Below are positions 1 to 12,595 of a stretch of DNA of 64,000 bases, one piece after another. This DNA comes from Octopus vulgaris (lineage: Eukaryota), in assembly GCA_951406725.2 (NCBI GenBank), contig OX597826.1, forward strand, positions 56,854,001 to 56,918,000, written 5' to 3'. The notes beneath the pieces were generated by a model. It had not been told where the DNA came from, made no database searches, and saw nothing but the letters and a program-made list of their open reading frames with translations. Every line of letters starts with the position of its first letter. Within the stretch, counting starts at the first letter, position 1. The translations under genes were made by a program, and so were the position numbers.

Positions 1-66
1 ATCCCATCAAAATGTTCGTCTTCTGTACTGTAATGAGCATGCATGCATGTATACGTGCGTACACAA

Positions 67-67
<1 letters not shown>

Positions 68-124
<57 letters not shown>

Positions 125-467
125 AGCGGGTTATGTAGTACTGGTTATGCTTAGAGAGAGGGTCGGATGCCAACATGGAAACAATCATACCACACACACA
201 CACCAAAAGCAAAAAAAAGAAAGAAACCCCCTAAAAAACATCTAGCTAAGATGAAAGATATAAAAGGTCAAGAATATAATGTCGGCTGTTTATCAAATGT
301 TACATATATATGTGTGTGTGCGCTTTCATTTAGACGTAAACATTTACGCGCACATTTTATACACACACACATATATATATGTATATATAATGGGCTTGTA
401 AATGTCTATATATGTCGTGTGTCCACACACACACATATATATATGTATATATATATATATATATATA

Positions 468-516
<49 letters not shown>

Positions 517-643
517 TATATATGTATATATGTATATATATACACACACACATATATATATATACATATGTATATATACAAATATATATGTATATATGCA
601 CATATTCATACAGACATGTATACACATTTACACGCACATTGTA

Positions 644-680
<37 letters not shown>

Positions 681-780
681 TCACAGGCGGGGAGGGAGGA
701 AGAGAGGGAGAGATACATACATACATACATACATACATACATGTATATATATTCATACACGCAAACGTTTGTGTATGTAC
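68..780. repeat. (TA)n and compound (TA)/(CA)/(ACAT) microsatellite cluster
   Basis: Direct reading; explains the YI/HT-rich pseudo-ORFs at 167-993. Confidence 0.95.
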
Positions 781-897
781 GAAGACATAGAAAGTGATGA
801 GTGGACGTGCAGAAGGAGACACGAAATGAAATATTCATCAACATCTCTAACATTGGTCTTAGTTTCTGGGAAAAGACCAACATCTTCCAGCTCATAC

Positions 898-1305
898 CTA
901 TTTCTTTACTACCCACAAGGGGCTAAACACAGAGAGGACAAACAAGCACAGACAAACGGATTAAGTCGATTACAGTACGTAACTGGTACTTAATTTATCG
1001 ACCCCCAAAGGATGAAATGCAAGGTCGACCTCGGCGGAATTTGAACTCAGAACGTAACGGCAGACGAAATACCTATTTCTTTACTACCCACAAGGGGCTA
1101 AACTCAGAGGGGACAAACAAGGACAGACATAGGTATTAAGTCGATTACATCGACCCCAGTACGTAACTGGTACTTTATTTATCGACCCCGAAAGGATGAA
1201 AGGCAAAGCCGACCTCGGCGGAATTTGAACTCAGAACGTAACGGCAGACGAAATACCGGAAAGCGTTTCGCCCGGCGTGCTAACGATTCTTGCCAGCTCG
1301 CCGCC
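898..1305 (-). mobile_element. tRNA-derived SINE family A (Meta-domain-like core), about 1.7-mer dimer under one TSD
   Basis: Head GGCGGCGAGCTGGCA at 1305 on minus, B-box-like GAGTTCAAATTCC, core CTTTGCCTTTCATCCTTTCGGGGTCGATAAA; TSD ttccagctcatac at 885-897 and 1306-1318. Confidence 0.93.
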
Positions 1306-1862
1306 TTCCAGCTCATACAGATACCACCACAACCACCGGCACCACCACCACCACCACCATCACCAGCAACATGCTATTTACCTGAGCTAAACCAAAGCCG
1401 ATGGATGAATCAAAAATAAAACCAGAAATGACAATCAACATGAGCGCAATCTCAAGTCACATGACAACCTTTCCCCGCCATCTCGTCACCTCTTTGCCAA
1501 CTGCTCTTCTCGATTCTACATGGTTCTACATTCTTCTTCTTCTGTCTTATCGGTTCGAAGGATTCAGTGTCCGTAACGGAAGCGGAACTTGAACTGCGCG
1601 ACAGGAAAGCTCTACTCACGAGAGGGGAACAATGCACTAGAAAATGACTCATGGCAATAATATACAGATCGCTGCTCTATATTCGACCAAAATCTCACAA
1701 GTTTTATATGATTTTTGCGTTTTCGTTTTGGGGGGGGGGTTTCTCCGCCACTTCCACCTTCCTCCTCATCCGCCTAGTTTTCTTATTAGGAAACACACAC
1801 ACGAGAGAGGCGGCGGGGTTGATCATCATCATCATTACTATTATTATTATTATTATTATTAT

Positions 1863-1900
<38 letters not shown>

Positions 1901-2227
1901 TTCGGATATCATCATCATCACCGTCATCATTATTAATGTTCTTAGTGATTCGACATCTGCCCCCTCCATCCCCACCCTGCCTCCTCCTCCTCTCACTTTC
2001 GTTCTTCCCTATCACATCTCCTCCTCCCCCTCCTCTTCCCCTGCCGTTACCGAAAACCAAATTTTCGACTTCTGATGCGTGACTCGCATGTAATAGCGCA
2101 AGAATCAACCGTACTTTTTGTGTATTTTTCTTTTTTTTTTTTTTCTGCTATTCTTATTTTTATTATTATTATTATTTCTGTATATTTATTATTGTTCAAT
2201 AACAACAAGAACAATAGTAACAACGCC

Positions 2228-2267
<40 letters not shown>

Positions 2268-2542
2268 TCACAAATAAATAAAGAGGCTGAGAATTTTTAC
2301 TTTTTTTTGTTTTTATTTTTTTTTTTTTGTGTGTCAAGCTTTGCCAGTAATTGGAGTCATAACGCTAATATCACTAGACTCCATAATTAACATGCCATAT
2401 CTACAGCATTCCACCAGTATTACTCCCTCCCCCACCACCTATCTACCTACTTACCTACCTACATAGCAACTCCCCCACCACCACCACCACCACCACTCAC
2501 ATCATCATCCTTTCTCCCTTTTACACCCATCGGCAGCAACTG

Positions 2543-2863
2543 ATACATACACACACACACACATACATACATAGGCATAGATACATACATACATACATAC
2601 ATGCACATACATACATGTACATACATACATACATACAAACATGCATACATACATACATACACACACACATACATACTCACATACATACACGCATACATAC
2701 ATACACACACACATACACACACATACATACATACATACACACACATACATCCACACACACATACATACATACATACATACACACACATACATACACACAT
2801 ACATACATACATACACACACATACATACACACATACATACACACACACACACATACATACATA
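2543..2863. repeat. Compound (ACAT)n/(AC)n microsatellite
   Basis: Direct reading. Confidence 0.95.
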
Positions 2864-3164
2864 CGGCAGAGAAGATGTTTGAAGAGGGGATAGAGACCGC
2901 GTAGTGATGGAAATGCATGAACATAGAATACGGGGAAGCCGCGTACACATGAAAGCGATGGCGAAGGTGGGGTAGATTGGGAAGAAGAAGAAAGGTGATT
3001 AGTGCGAGATAAACCTAAAGAGACGAAGAGACAGAAGATAAAAGTATAAATGAGAGAAAGAGAGAGAGAGAGAACGGGGAGGGAGGGAGGTAGAATGTGT
3101 GTCGATGGATAAATTTTTGAAATTAGTCGAAATTATATATATATAAATACTACTACTACTACAA

Positions 3165-3178
3165 TAATAATAATAATG

Positions 3179-3230
<52 letters not shown>

Positions 3231-3451
3231 TAATAATAATGATAATAATGGTGATGTGGTGGTGGTGGTGGTGGTGGTGGTGAGTGTGTTTCTAGGTGGG
3301 GAGAATGAGTGCGTCGGAAAAGAAAGAAAAGGGTTGGAAACAATGTCTGCTACATTCCTGGAACTCCGTTACATTTTATATATTCTATATGATCAGTCAG
3401 TGGGGCTTGTGCGGTCGGCTCTTCAACTAGCATCTATATGCCTTTTCATAC

Positions 3452-3510
<59 letters not shown>
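3165..3510. repeat. (AAT)n and (GGT)n trinucleotide tracts
   Basis: Direct reading; (AAT)n at about 3165-3248 and 3453-3508, (GGT)n at about 3256-3281. Confidence 0.9.
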
Positions 3511-4070
3511 GTGGTAGTGGTAAATACAAAAAACAAACAAACAGATAACGCTACTCCACCTCTCTCATCCCTGTCCGCCGACGCCGTCTATTATCCAGTC
3601 TCCCCACCACCACAACTACAACAAAATACACAATTTCAATTGCATATTTCCGATATATGATAGTGAAATATGGGATAAAGGAAGTAGAAGAGGAGAATGA
3701 CAGACAGTTCAGTAGAGTGCAGTACAGAATAACCATTTGTTGTTGTTATTGTTATTATCATTATTTATTATATTACAAGAGGGATGCGGTGGTGGTGGTG
3801 GAGGTGGTAAGGGTGGTGAGAGTAGTAACGGTAAAGCACCTTGCGGTATTGAGTTATGTCCCCTTCATGTTCTGTTCTTTTAAATTCCACCGAGATCGTC
3901 TTTGCCTTTTTTTTTTTTCTTATTTTTATTTTTAACCCATCTAATGTAAATATGTATCGCTCAAAATAAATGGGTCGATTTAATCGATTGAAAAATTTTT
4001 CTCGAAAATATGTGGCCTTGTACTTATGATAGAAATCATCACAATCATCATCATCATCATTACTATTCTT

Positions 4071-4324
4071 TTAGTTAGTTAGTTAATTTTTTGGCTCAAA
4101 AAGCAAAAAGCAAGGCCATGTAGGGGGACATGGAGTTATGTACAGGGTGGTGTTCATGTAAAGAGTTCAGGCCACTTGAGGTCAAGGGAGACTTTGAACC
4201 GAGCTGTCGTCGGCATCTTCACCATCTCGTCTGGCAGCTTATTCCACGGATCCGCAACCCGGACGGAGAAAGCCTCTCTCCTTCGATTGAGATGAAATCG
4301 TCGCAGATAGAGCTTTTCGGAATG
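4071..4324 (-). mobile_element. 5'-truncated CR1/L2-clade LINE: ORF2 C-terminus, 3'UTR and (CTAA)n tail
   Basis: Minus strand 4324-4154 reads HSEKLYLRRFHLNRRREAFSVRVADPWNKLPDEMVKMPTTARFKVSLDLKWPELFT*, matching the CR1-type ending (H..KL...R..FS.RV...WN.LP...V.....FK..LD); a short UTR and (CTAA)n follow. Confidence 0.88.
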
Positions 4325-4645
4325 GAGAGTGGCAGATTCGGTAGAACAGCAGGTAAAACGTATTACAGCATTTAGTTAATTCTGTTTACAAGCTAAGCTC
4401 AATTCCAACGCATTCGACTTGCAATTTCAACCTTATAACGACGTTCTCTAAAAAATTAACCCTCACTTTGCTCATCCGATTTTGTGACTTTTGTGACCCG
4501 ACAGTCACAAGTGTCATGGCATTGAAGGATAACTCGTGATTCTACTTCAATCAGTTGTACCTTTTACAAAAGATTGCTTAGGTCCTTAAGAGGAAAGGAG
4601 TTACGGCATTCATTATTTTTAAGCAGGGCAACCAACGTCTTAGAC

Positions 4646-4988
4646 CAGTGGTTCACAACCGGTGTTCATATGGCTCCTGAGGGTCCATATAAAATTGGTG
4701 GGAGAGAGACGGGGTCCACGCAACAAAATAATAAATTGGGGATCTACAATAATATTTTAAGAATTCCTGACAAAATTTTACTTCAAACGAATGTATTGTG
4801 AGAAACATTTTACTTAGTACAACCTACAAAATGTGTGAAAAAAAAAAAAAGAAATTTTGAAAAGACTTCCTATAAAATTAGTTTTTAAATATCGATTGCT
4901 ATTGGGGTCCACCAGAATAAAATATTAATCAAAGGGATCCATAGGTAAAAAAATAATAATAATAATAAAAATGGTTGAGAACCCCCTT
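4646..4988 (+). mobile_element. Non-autonomous hAT (Charlie-like) MITE, family H2
   Basis: Ends CAGTGGTTCACAACC and GGTTGAGAACC; near-perfect 8-bp TSD tcttagac (4638-4645) / tcttagaa (4989-4996); internal GGGGTCC repeats. Confidence 0.75.
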
Positions 4989-5524
4989 TCTTAGAATATG
5001 AAATTTCAGATTTGTATAGGCAAAGTTGGATATATGGTTGTTACATTCATGCTTTAACCAGTATCCATCCAAGACATGATCAGGACGATAGCGACGACGA
5101 TGATCATCATTAACAAAAATCAATGTAAGCAATTACATAATTCTTTAATGATTGAAAACAAAATGAAATGTAGTAACATATAGCGCTGAGGTAGTAACAA
5201 TGCTTCTTCCACGTGAAAGCTGTACAGCTAGCTACCTAACTAACTTGGTAACAATGCCTATTAATTACCATAGTCTTAATTATGACCGGAAGTCAAGTTT
5301 TAAATTAACAACTGTCTTGTAACAGTTTTCTACAAACCCGTTCGAGACATGACCCACCCACCATCGCCACCAGTGAAAAGGTTATTTACAGCTAATTCTC
5401 AACACCAAAGGAACGAGTAATGGAGACTAAATGGAAATTAGAAATTAGTCGAAAAGAGCATCATATTTCGAAGATGCTTTTTATTGCCTTATTTGTCTTG
5501 TGATAATTACACACACACACACAC

Positions 5525-5585
5525 ATGTATGTATGTATGTATGTATGTATGTATGTATGTATGTATGTATGTATGTATGTATGTA

Positions 5586-5622
<37 letters not shown>

Positions 5623-5860
5623 ATGTGTGTGTGTGTATGTATGTATGTATGTATGTATGTGTGTGTGTGTATGTATGTATGTGTGTATGTATATATGTAT
5701 GTATGCATGTGTGTGTGTATGTGTGTGTATGTATGTGTGTGTATGTATGTATATGTGTATATGTATGAATGTATGTATGTTTGTGTGTGTATGTATGTAT
5801 GTATGTATGTATGTCTGTATGTGTGTATGTATGTGTGTATGTGTGTGTGTGTGTATGTAT
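5525..5860. repeat. Compound (ATGT)n/(GT)n microsatellite
   Basis: Direct reading. Confidence 0.95.
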
Positions 5861-6027
5861 TAGGCGCTAGCCGAATGAGATTTAGATTAGTTCAGCCATA
5901 ATTAGGATAATAGGCTAATTTAGAAGCAATATTATGTCCTCAATTAATTAAAGAAACTTTATTGCTCTCTTCTATACTAAAAGAAAGTAAAATAGTTCGC
6001 ACATTACAATTTGTAGAGTTATTAAAA

Positions 6028-6076
<49 letters not shown>

Positions 6077-7230
6077 GTATATATATATATTAGGAGGAGT
6101 TGGCAATAAAGTCGACTGATTTAACACTAAGAAATATAACAAAAGCTTCTTATTTTATGGTCTAATCGGGATGTGAACTCAAAACAATGAGATACTTGAA
6201 GACAGACACCATAAACTATCACGTCTTGGTGATCTAGATTCTGTATTAAATTTATACCCTTTCTCTTTCTTTCTTTCTAGTTTACACACCCTTTCAAAAG
6301 ACAAACCAATCTATTTAGTAAGGTTTATTGAATTTCTTTTCATCTATTCAGTTTTTCATATTGATTTTTCTGCAAAAACATTCTGGAATCGTGTTTAATT
6401 TTCTCCTTCAACCCCCCAAAATGTCAAAAATATTGTCTGCTTCCACAAGTGCTGTATATTTTGTGTTATGCCCTCCTCCACCGTCCAAACACACACACAC
6501 ACGAACATTAAAGAAGTAATCCAGTCACCTCTGAATTAAATCTCATTCATGATATTTAACCGACTCCTCTATATAAGCTCTCTACTTTTCATCTTTGTTT
6601 TAGCAATCATGGACAAAATCATTCTAGAGCAGTCTTCATCTAATTTCATTTTATCATTATAAGTCGATCATCACTAGGTCATCGTTCTTAAGTAGAACTG
6701 TGATCAAAATAATTCCAGCCATTACCACCACATTATCCAACAGGTTCTTCCTTTGATGCGATCTGTGGGAAATTTGGGCTACTATTTTTAGCAGATCGAG
6801 CGAAATCATAAAGCAAGCACGAGTAAGCTTTTCAAGTAGAGGATGCATGAGACATGACTCATCATCAAGAACCGCATTGCTAAAAATATTCAAGATAAAT
6901 TTTCCTTAGCAGGCCATTCAGAAAAGTCCCGCGGGCCGCAGTTGGTTCATGACCATCATAAAAACGCCCTAGTTTACACGTTATTACTAAGTCCCCAACA
7001 AGCCTTGCGCATGCGTGCATATGCGTCTTCATCTTTTTCTCTCGCCGTTTGGCAACCGGTGTTGCTTTGAGTATGTCCCCAAAATTAGCTGTCTGACAAA
7101 AACAGGTCCAACAGAATGAATATCAGACTTAAAAATAAGGGGTCAATTTCGATCGTCTAAATCGATTAGTCCCTTTCCCGCAAAATTCCTTTTCTTGTAC
7201 CAAAATCAAAAAAGAACTTTTAGCACGCGG

Positions 7231-7395
7231 AAGGCAGCATATTGGCTGAATCGTTAGCACACCGGACAAAATGCTTCATAGCATTTCGTCCGTCTTAACA
7301 TTCAGAGTTCATATTCCGCCGAGATCGACTTTAGCTCTCAGTTGTTTTAGGATCGACGAAATAAGTACCATTTGAACACGTGTCAGTGTATAACC
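7231..7395 (+). mobile_element. Old family-A SINE head and core, near-identical to 9697-9861
   Basis: Decayed A/B boxes and core; about 4 differences in 165 bp from the 9697 copy. Confidence 0.85.
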
Positions 7396-8254
7396 AATTC
7401 AAGCAGTGCTCCAGTGTGACCGCAGTCCAAAGACTTAAAATAAACGAATGAGTAAAAATAATATAGAAATTTGGTAAAATCTGGACGGTTTCCAATTGAC
7501 CACACTAAACTGGAAATGTCTACATAAACAAGAGTTTACAGTTATTGTTTCCTGACAAAACTTTTACCAACAGACTGTGTTTTAAACGATGTCATAAATT
7601 TCTCTGAAGCCATTACTTACCATTATTAATGATATTCGAGTTATTTAAAAGTTCAAACACTGACTGACTAGGAAAGTTTCCCATTTATCGGTCTGAAACG
7701 GTTATGGCTGACTGCCGTTTTGAACAGACGCATTAAAAGCCAGCACGCTGACATGTGCCAGGTTATCAAGACACTAATTGGATTTTCCGCCCGATAAGTC
7801 CAAGGAATATGCCAGCCATTATTATCGAAACATTCCGTCCTCCATCCACCTCAGGATAGACTTGATATCATGAAAGTGATGGTTACTAATTTTTGCAAAT
7901 ATATAACGACATAAATATACTCACCCACCCACCCACCCATACATACAAGCGCACCACACAATAAATACATGCATACATACACATTGATGAAAATAGGTTT
8001 TTCTCTTATGAATTTCAATGCAGCTCTATTTTCATGAATCGTAAAATAGATACAACAACAACGATAATATTCAGAATGTCAGTCCTTGATCATGTAGGCA
8101 AACTAATTTGAATTTTACACTTTGAATATTCCAACACAAACCAACCAAACCGAATAAGTACAACATAAGATGCAACCAGTAAACTTTTTCCAGTCAACCT
8201 TAACATTAAGTTTATACTCATCTTTTATATTTTTATTTATTTATATACTCTCTT

Positions 8255-8664
8255 ACCCTTTTACTCTTTTACTTGTTTCAGTCATTTGACTGCGGCCATG
8301 CTGGAGCACTGCCTTTAGTCGAGCAAATCGACCCCGGGACTTATTCTTTGTAAGCCCAGTACTTATTCTATCGGTCTCTTTTGCCGAACCGCTAAGTTAC
8401 GGGGACGTAAACACACCAGCATCGGTTGTCAAGCAATGCTAGGGGGACAAACACAGACACACAAACACATACACAGATATATATATATATACACATATAT
8501 ACGACAGGCTTCTTTCAGTTTCCGTCTACCAAATCCACTCACAAGGTATTGGTCGGCCCGGGGCTATAGCAGAAGACACTTGCCCAAGATGCCACGCAGT
8601 GGGACTGAACCCGGAACCATGTGGTTGGTTAGCAAGCTACTTACCACACAGCCACTCATGCGCC
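8255..8664 (-). mobile_element. tRNA-derived SINE family B (CORE-like ACCTTGGGCAAG motif, internal (TA)/(TG) tract), full length
   Basis: Head GGCGCA.GAGTGGCTGTGTGGTAAG, B box GGTTCAGTCCC, tail CCAGCATGGCCGCAGTCAAATGACTGAAACAAGTAAAAGAG. Confidence 0.93.
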
Positions 8665-8674
8665 TATATTTTCA

Positions 8675-8880
8675 CTTTTTCAGTCATCGGACTGCGGCCA
8701 TGCTGGGGCACCGTCTCGAACGATTTATTCGAACCAATCGACTCAGTACTGTTTTAAATCTGGTACATTATTCTGTACCTATTTCGCCGAACCGCTCGCT
8801 ACCTTTTCAGGGACGTAAACAAACCAAAAACCGGTTGTGAAACGGTGATATACACACACATACAGACAAGAAGCTTCGAT
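8675..8880 (-). mobile_element. Older diverged family-B SINE, 3' half
   Basis: tttcagtcatcggactgcggccatgctggggcacc...gggacgtaaacaaacc is homologous to the family B tail. Confidence 0.7.
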
Positions 8881-9075
8881 GTCCCCCCTAGCATTGCTTG
8901 ACAACCGATGCTGGTGTGTTTACGTCCCCGTCACTTAGCGGTTCGGCAAAAAGAGACCGATAGAATAAGTACTGGGCTTACAAAAAGAATAAGTCCCCGG
9001 GGGTCGATTTGCTCGACTAAAGGCGGTGCTCCAGCATGGCCGCAGTCAAATGACTGAAACAAGTAATAGAAAAAA
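8881..9075 (+). mobile_element. 5'-truncated young family-B SINE (3' half)
   Basis: gtccccctagcattgcttgacaacc...gactgaaacaagt is the reverse complement of about 8270-8450. Confidence 0.9.
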
Positions 9076-9113
9076 AAAGAGATAGTAAGTTTCTAAGTCT
9101 TTTATGAAATAAG

Positions 9114-9153
<40 letters not shown>

Positions 9154-9611
9154 ACCACAACTTTGTGTACGCAGGTACTTAAGGTATACGTCTACATATG
9201 CAAAATATATGGGAAATCTTACATATTCTTTCCCTCACCGATAATCAGTACTGACATACCACAACAAAGCATCTTGTTTCGTGAATAGATGACGTAAAGG
9301 AACATATATGTGTGTCTATATTTCATGTGCGCGCGCACACATACACACACTTTTATGTAATTATTTATGTAAGATCTTTGTATGTCTCACTACAAAACAA
9401 TGCAAATACATGTTTATCATCATAATTATTATTATTCCTGCCGAGATCAACTTTTCCTTTGATCTTTATGGGGTCGATAAAACAAAATATCGGTCAAGTA
9501 CTAAGGTGGATGGTATCAACTAACACCACTCGCTTAAAAAAATCTCTGGCCTTGTGCCTAAATTATTATTATTATTATCATCATCATCATCATCATCATT
9601 TTTATCATCAC

Positions 9612-10140
9612 TGGGGAGCTGGCAGAATCATTAGAGCATTGCAAAAATACTTAGCCGTATTTCTTCCGAAATACGGCGAAATACGGCTAAGGTATAAAGG
9701 CAGCATATTGGCAGAATCGTTAGCACACCGGACAAAATGCTTCATAGCATTTCGCCCGTCGTAACATTCAGAGTTCATATTCCGCCGAGATCGACTTTAG
9801 CTCTCAGTTGTTTTAGGATCGGCGAAATAAGTACCATTTGAACACGTGTCAGTGTATAACCGATTAGCTACCCATCTCCGGACAAATTTCAGCGCTTGTG
9901 CCTATAGTAGAAACGACTATTATTAGCTGGCAGAATCATTAGTACGACGGGCAGAAGCCGAGCGGCATTTCGTCCGTCTTGAAGGCTCTGAGTTCAAAAT
10001 CCAAACGAGTTCGGTTTTGCTTTTCATTCTTTCGGGGTCGATAAAACAAGTACCAATTGAACAATAAGCTTGATCCAATCGACTTATTCCTTTCGCTGAA
10101 CTTGTTAGCCTTGTGCCAGAATTTGAAACATTATTGTTGT
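9612..10140 (+). mobile_element. Cluster of old family-A SINE copies (includes 9697-9861)
   Basis: Repeated gctggcagaatc heads, gagttcaaa B boxes and cggggtcgataaa cores. Confidence 0.8.
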
Positions 10141-10157
10141 TGGTTGTTAGCTGCTGC

Positions 10158-10201
<44 letters not shown>

Positions 10202-10959
10202 GGACAGTGAGTATCGGTAGAGCGACTTACGATATCTTGGTTACATCTCTTTATATTTTCCAAGTTCAAATCCTAGAAAGACTTTTCATCCAGTTAAGTA
10301 TTAAGGATCATATAAATTGACTATATCTCTCTTGCCCACAGTTTGTGACTTCTTGTGTCTCTACGTTAGAAATCTCAGAAACTTTAATCCGCGCAGACAA
10401 TAACAAAAATAGATGCCGAAAAAAGAAAAAAAAGTAACGAAAAACAAAAACAATAAAAACAATAAAAATAAAAGTCAACAGACAAAACTAGGTTTTCACA
10501 CTCTTATATCAAAAGAATTTCTGGCGTATAATTGTGATGATTTTGGGGGTGGTTGGGGAAGAGGGCTGAGGGAGACGAGACATGTCGCGGTGGTGGTGTT
10601 GGTGTTGGTGTTGGTGGTAGTGGTTGGTAAACTACTCACAAGCAGCAAGTGGGGCTTGTTAGTAGGTAAGTAGTAGGTAGACAAGGCCGAGTTGTAAGAG
10701 CGAAACCTGATCAGTCGACCGGAAATATACTACCGAACTAATGACAAACGGTGAGATAGAGTTTTTGGTGGCCCAGCAAAAGAAAGGAGAAACGTAGGGT
10801 GAGATAGTTGTTGTGAGTGTAAGGGAAGGGTATAGCGATATATACATACACACGGAAATTTGGGTTAACTATAAAAACTAGAAAATGAGACTAGCGAGAT
10901 GTCGGTTCAGAGGCAATGTAACGTTTGTAGCAACTTCAATAGCAGAAGCATCACTATAT

Positions 10960-11031
<72 letters not shown>

Positions 11032-11215
11032 ATGAGAGAGAAAAAGAGGCGGGAGAGAGAAAATGGTATATGTATGTGTGTTGATGATTTATAACCAGTA
11101 ATTGTAGTGGAAGATTCAATTAAAAAAGCATTATAAGTCTGGTTTAGCGCTGTTAATGCTAGCGACAGAAGGCTAAGAAACATATATTTGTGCATTGTAT
11201 GTGTGTATGTGTGTC

Positions 11216-11263
<48 letters not shown>

Positions 11264-11717
11264 GTAAACAAACAGCAACAGACACAGAAGAATAAAGAAG
11301 GAAAATAGTGGAGGTGAGGGAATTTAGAGAAAAAAAAAAAGAAGAGACAAGATAGAGGCATTGTTATGGTTACACTTGATCACTTTCCCATTTACTTCAA
11401 GTTTCTAGCCGTAGAAGTGTTCAACAGATGGTATATCATCAGAAGGGTAGCGAGGGGATGGAATGAATGGAAGCAAACAGTCAACTAAGAACAGTGAGTG
11501 TTTGTATAAGAGGTTGTATTGAATTCGGATTTGTAATATCTGGTTAGAAATACGGACTTGAAAAAGGTTACTAACTAATTGTGCAGTTTCGATTTTCGAT
11601 GGGAAACACTTCGCTTCAAATAACCTAGTTTTGAAACAGAAATGAACGACTCTGTCTCGTTACCATATAAATAAATCCCAGACTTGCATATATAACAGAT
11701 TTTAAATAGTTTAAATA

Positions 11718-11779
11718 GCCAGCGGTGGTGCCCCAGCATGGCCGCGGCCTTCGGGCTAAAACATTTTTAAGGATTTAAG
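11718..11779 (+). mobile_element. Isolated retroposon 3' tail
   Basis: gcggtggtgccccagcatggccgcggccttcgggctaaaac plus (aaggattt) repeats; homologous to the family B tail. Confidence 0.6.
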
Positions 11780-11874
11780 TTATATTTTGCAGATCCTGTA
11801 TATTCCCAGCAGAGACTGAAAATACGGGATCTGATTCCCGACTTATCTTTTCTCAATTTGAAAGACTTCGTATA

Positions 11875-12065
11875 TGACTGCTAAACTTGATACATAGCAG
11901 CCAAATCTACATCAAGTAACCTCTTTACAGTCTTAAAAAATAAGGACACTTTGGACAGTGTAGTCCTGAATGCAATAAGCGTGAGACAAAAAGAATAAGA
12001 TTGGATGGATAGTCACGGCTGGAATTAAACGATAACTGATCTCGAGCTAAACGATAACTACAGCA
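11875..12065 (+). mobile_element. Old SINE-like family D (AATAGCAGCCAAATCTCCCTCAA ... GGCTAAACAAC)
   Basis: Decayed homologs at about 16625-16975, 22790-22975 and 37870-38045 (+), and 28305-28400, 32440-32600 and 45905-46100 (-). Confidence 0.65.
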
Positions 12066-12154
12066 AAAATTACTAATATCTAATGTCTCTGCGAAAGGCA
12101 CAAACATCATACAATCTGAACTCTAGTTAGTTATGAAAAAAATATATATATATT

Positions 12155-12320
12155 GGCGCAGGAGTGGCTGTGTGGTAAGTAGCTTGTTTACCAACCGCAT
12201 GGTTCCGGGTTCAGTTCCACTGCGTGGCACCTTGGGCAAGTGTCTTCTACTATAGCCTAGGGCCGACCAAAGCCTGGTGAGTGGATTTGGTAGACGGAAA
12301 CTGAAAAGAAGCCCGTCGTA

Positions 12321-12378
<58 letters not shown>

Positions 12379-12595
12379 TGTGTGTGTTTGTGTTTGTCCC
12401 CCTAGCATTGCTTGACAACCGATGCTGGTGTGTTTATGTCCCCGTTACTTAGCGGTTCGGCAAAAGCGAACCGATAGAATAAGTACTGGGCTTTACAAAA
12501 AGAATAAGTCCTGGGGTTGAGTTGCTCGATTAATTAAGGCGGTGCTCCAGCATGGCCGCAGTCAAATGACTGAAACAAGTAAAAGAGTAAAGAGT
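12155..12595 (+). mobile_element. Family-B SINE, full length, expanded internal (TA)n
   Basis: GGCGCAGGAGTGGCTGTGTGG head through GTAAAAGAG tail. Confidence 0.93.

Noticed and set aside
167-993. Long YI/HT/VC-rich ORFs here and at 2459-2950, 5481-5901 and 56346-57166
   Set aside because: Translations of stop-free microsatellites in several frames on both strands.
4130-4375. Plus-strand 81-aa ORF
   Set aside because: Antisense to the LINE ORF2 remnant.
5187-5205. let-7-like TGAGGTAGTA (also miR-31-like at about 57281 and miR-184-like at about 37301)
   Set aside because: Seed-length matches only; no hairpin.
6860-6955. hAT-like end (cccgcgggccgcagtt)
   Set aside because: No partner TIR or TSD found.
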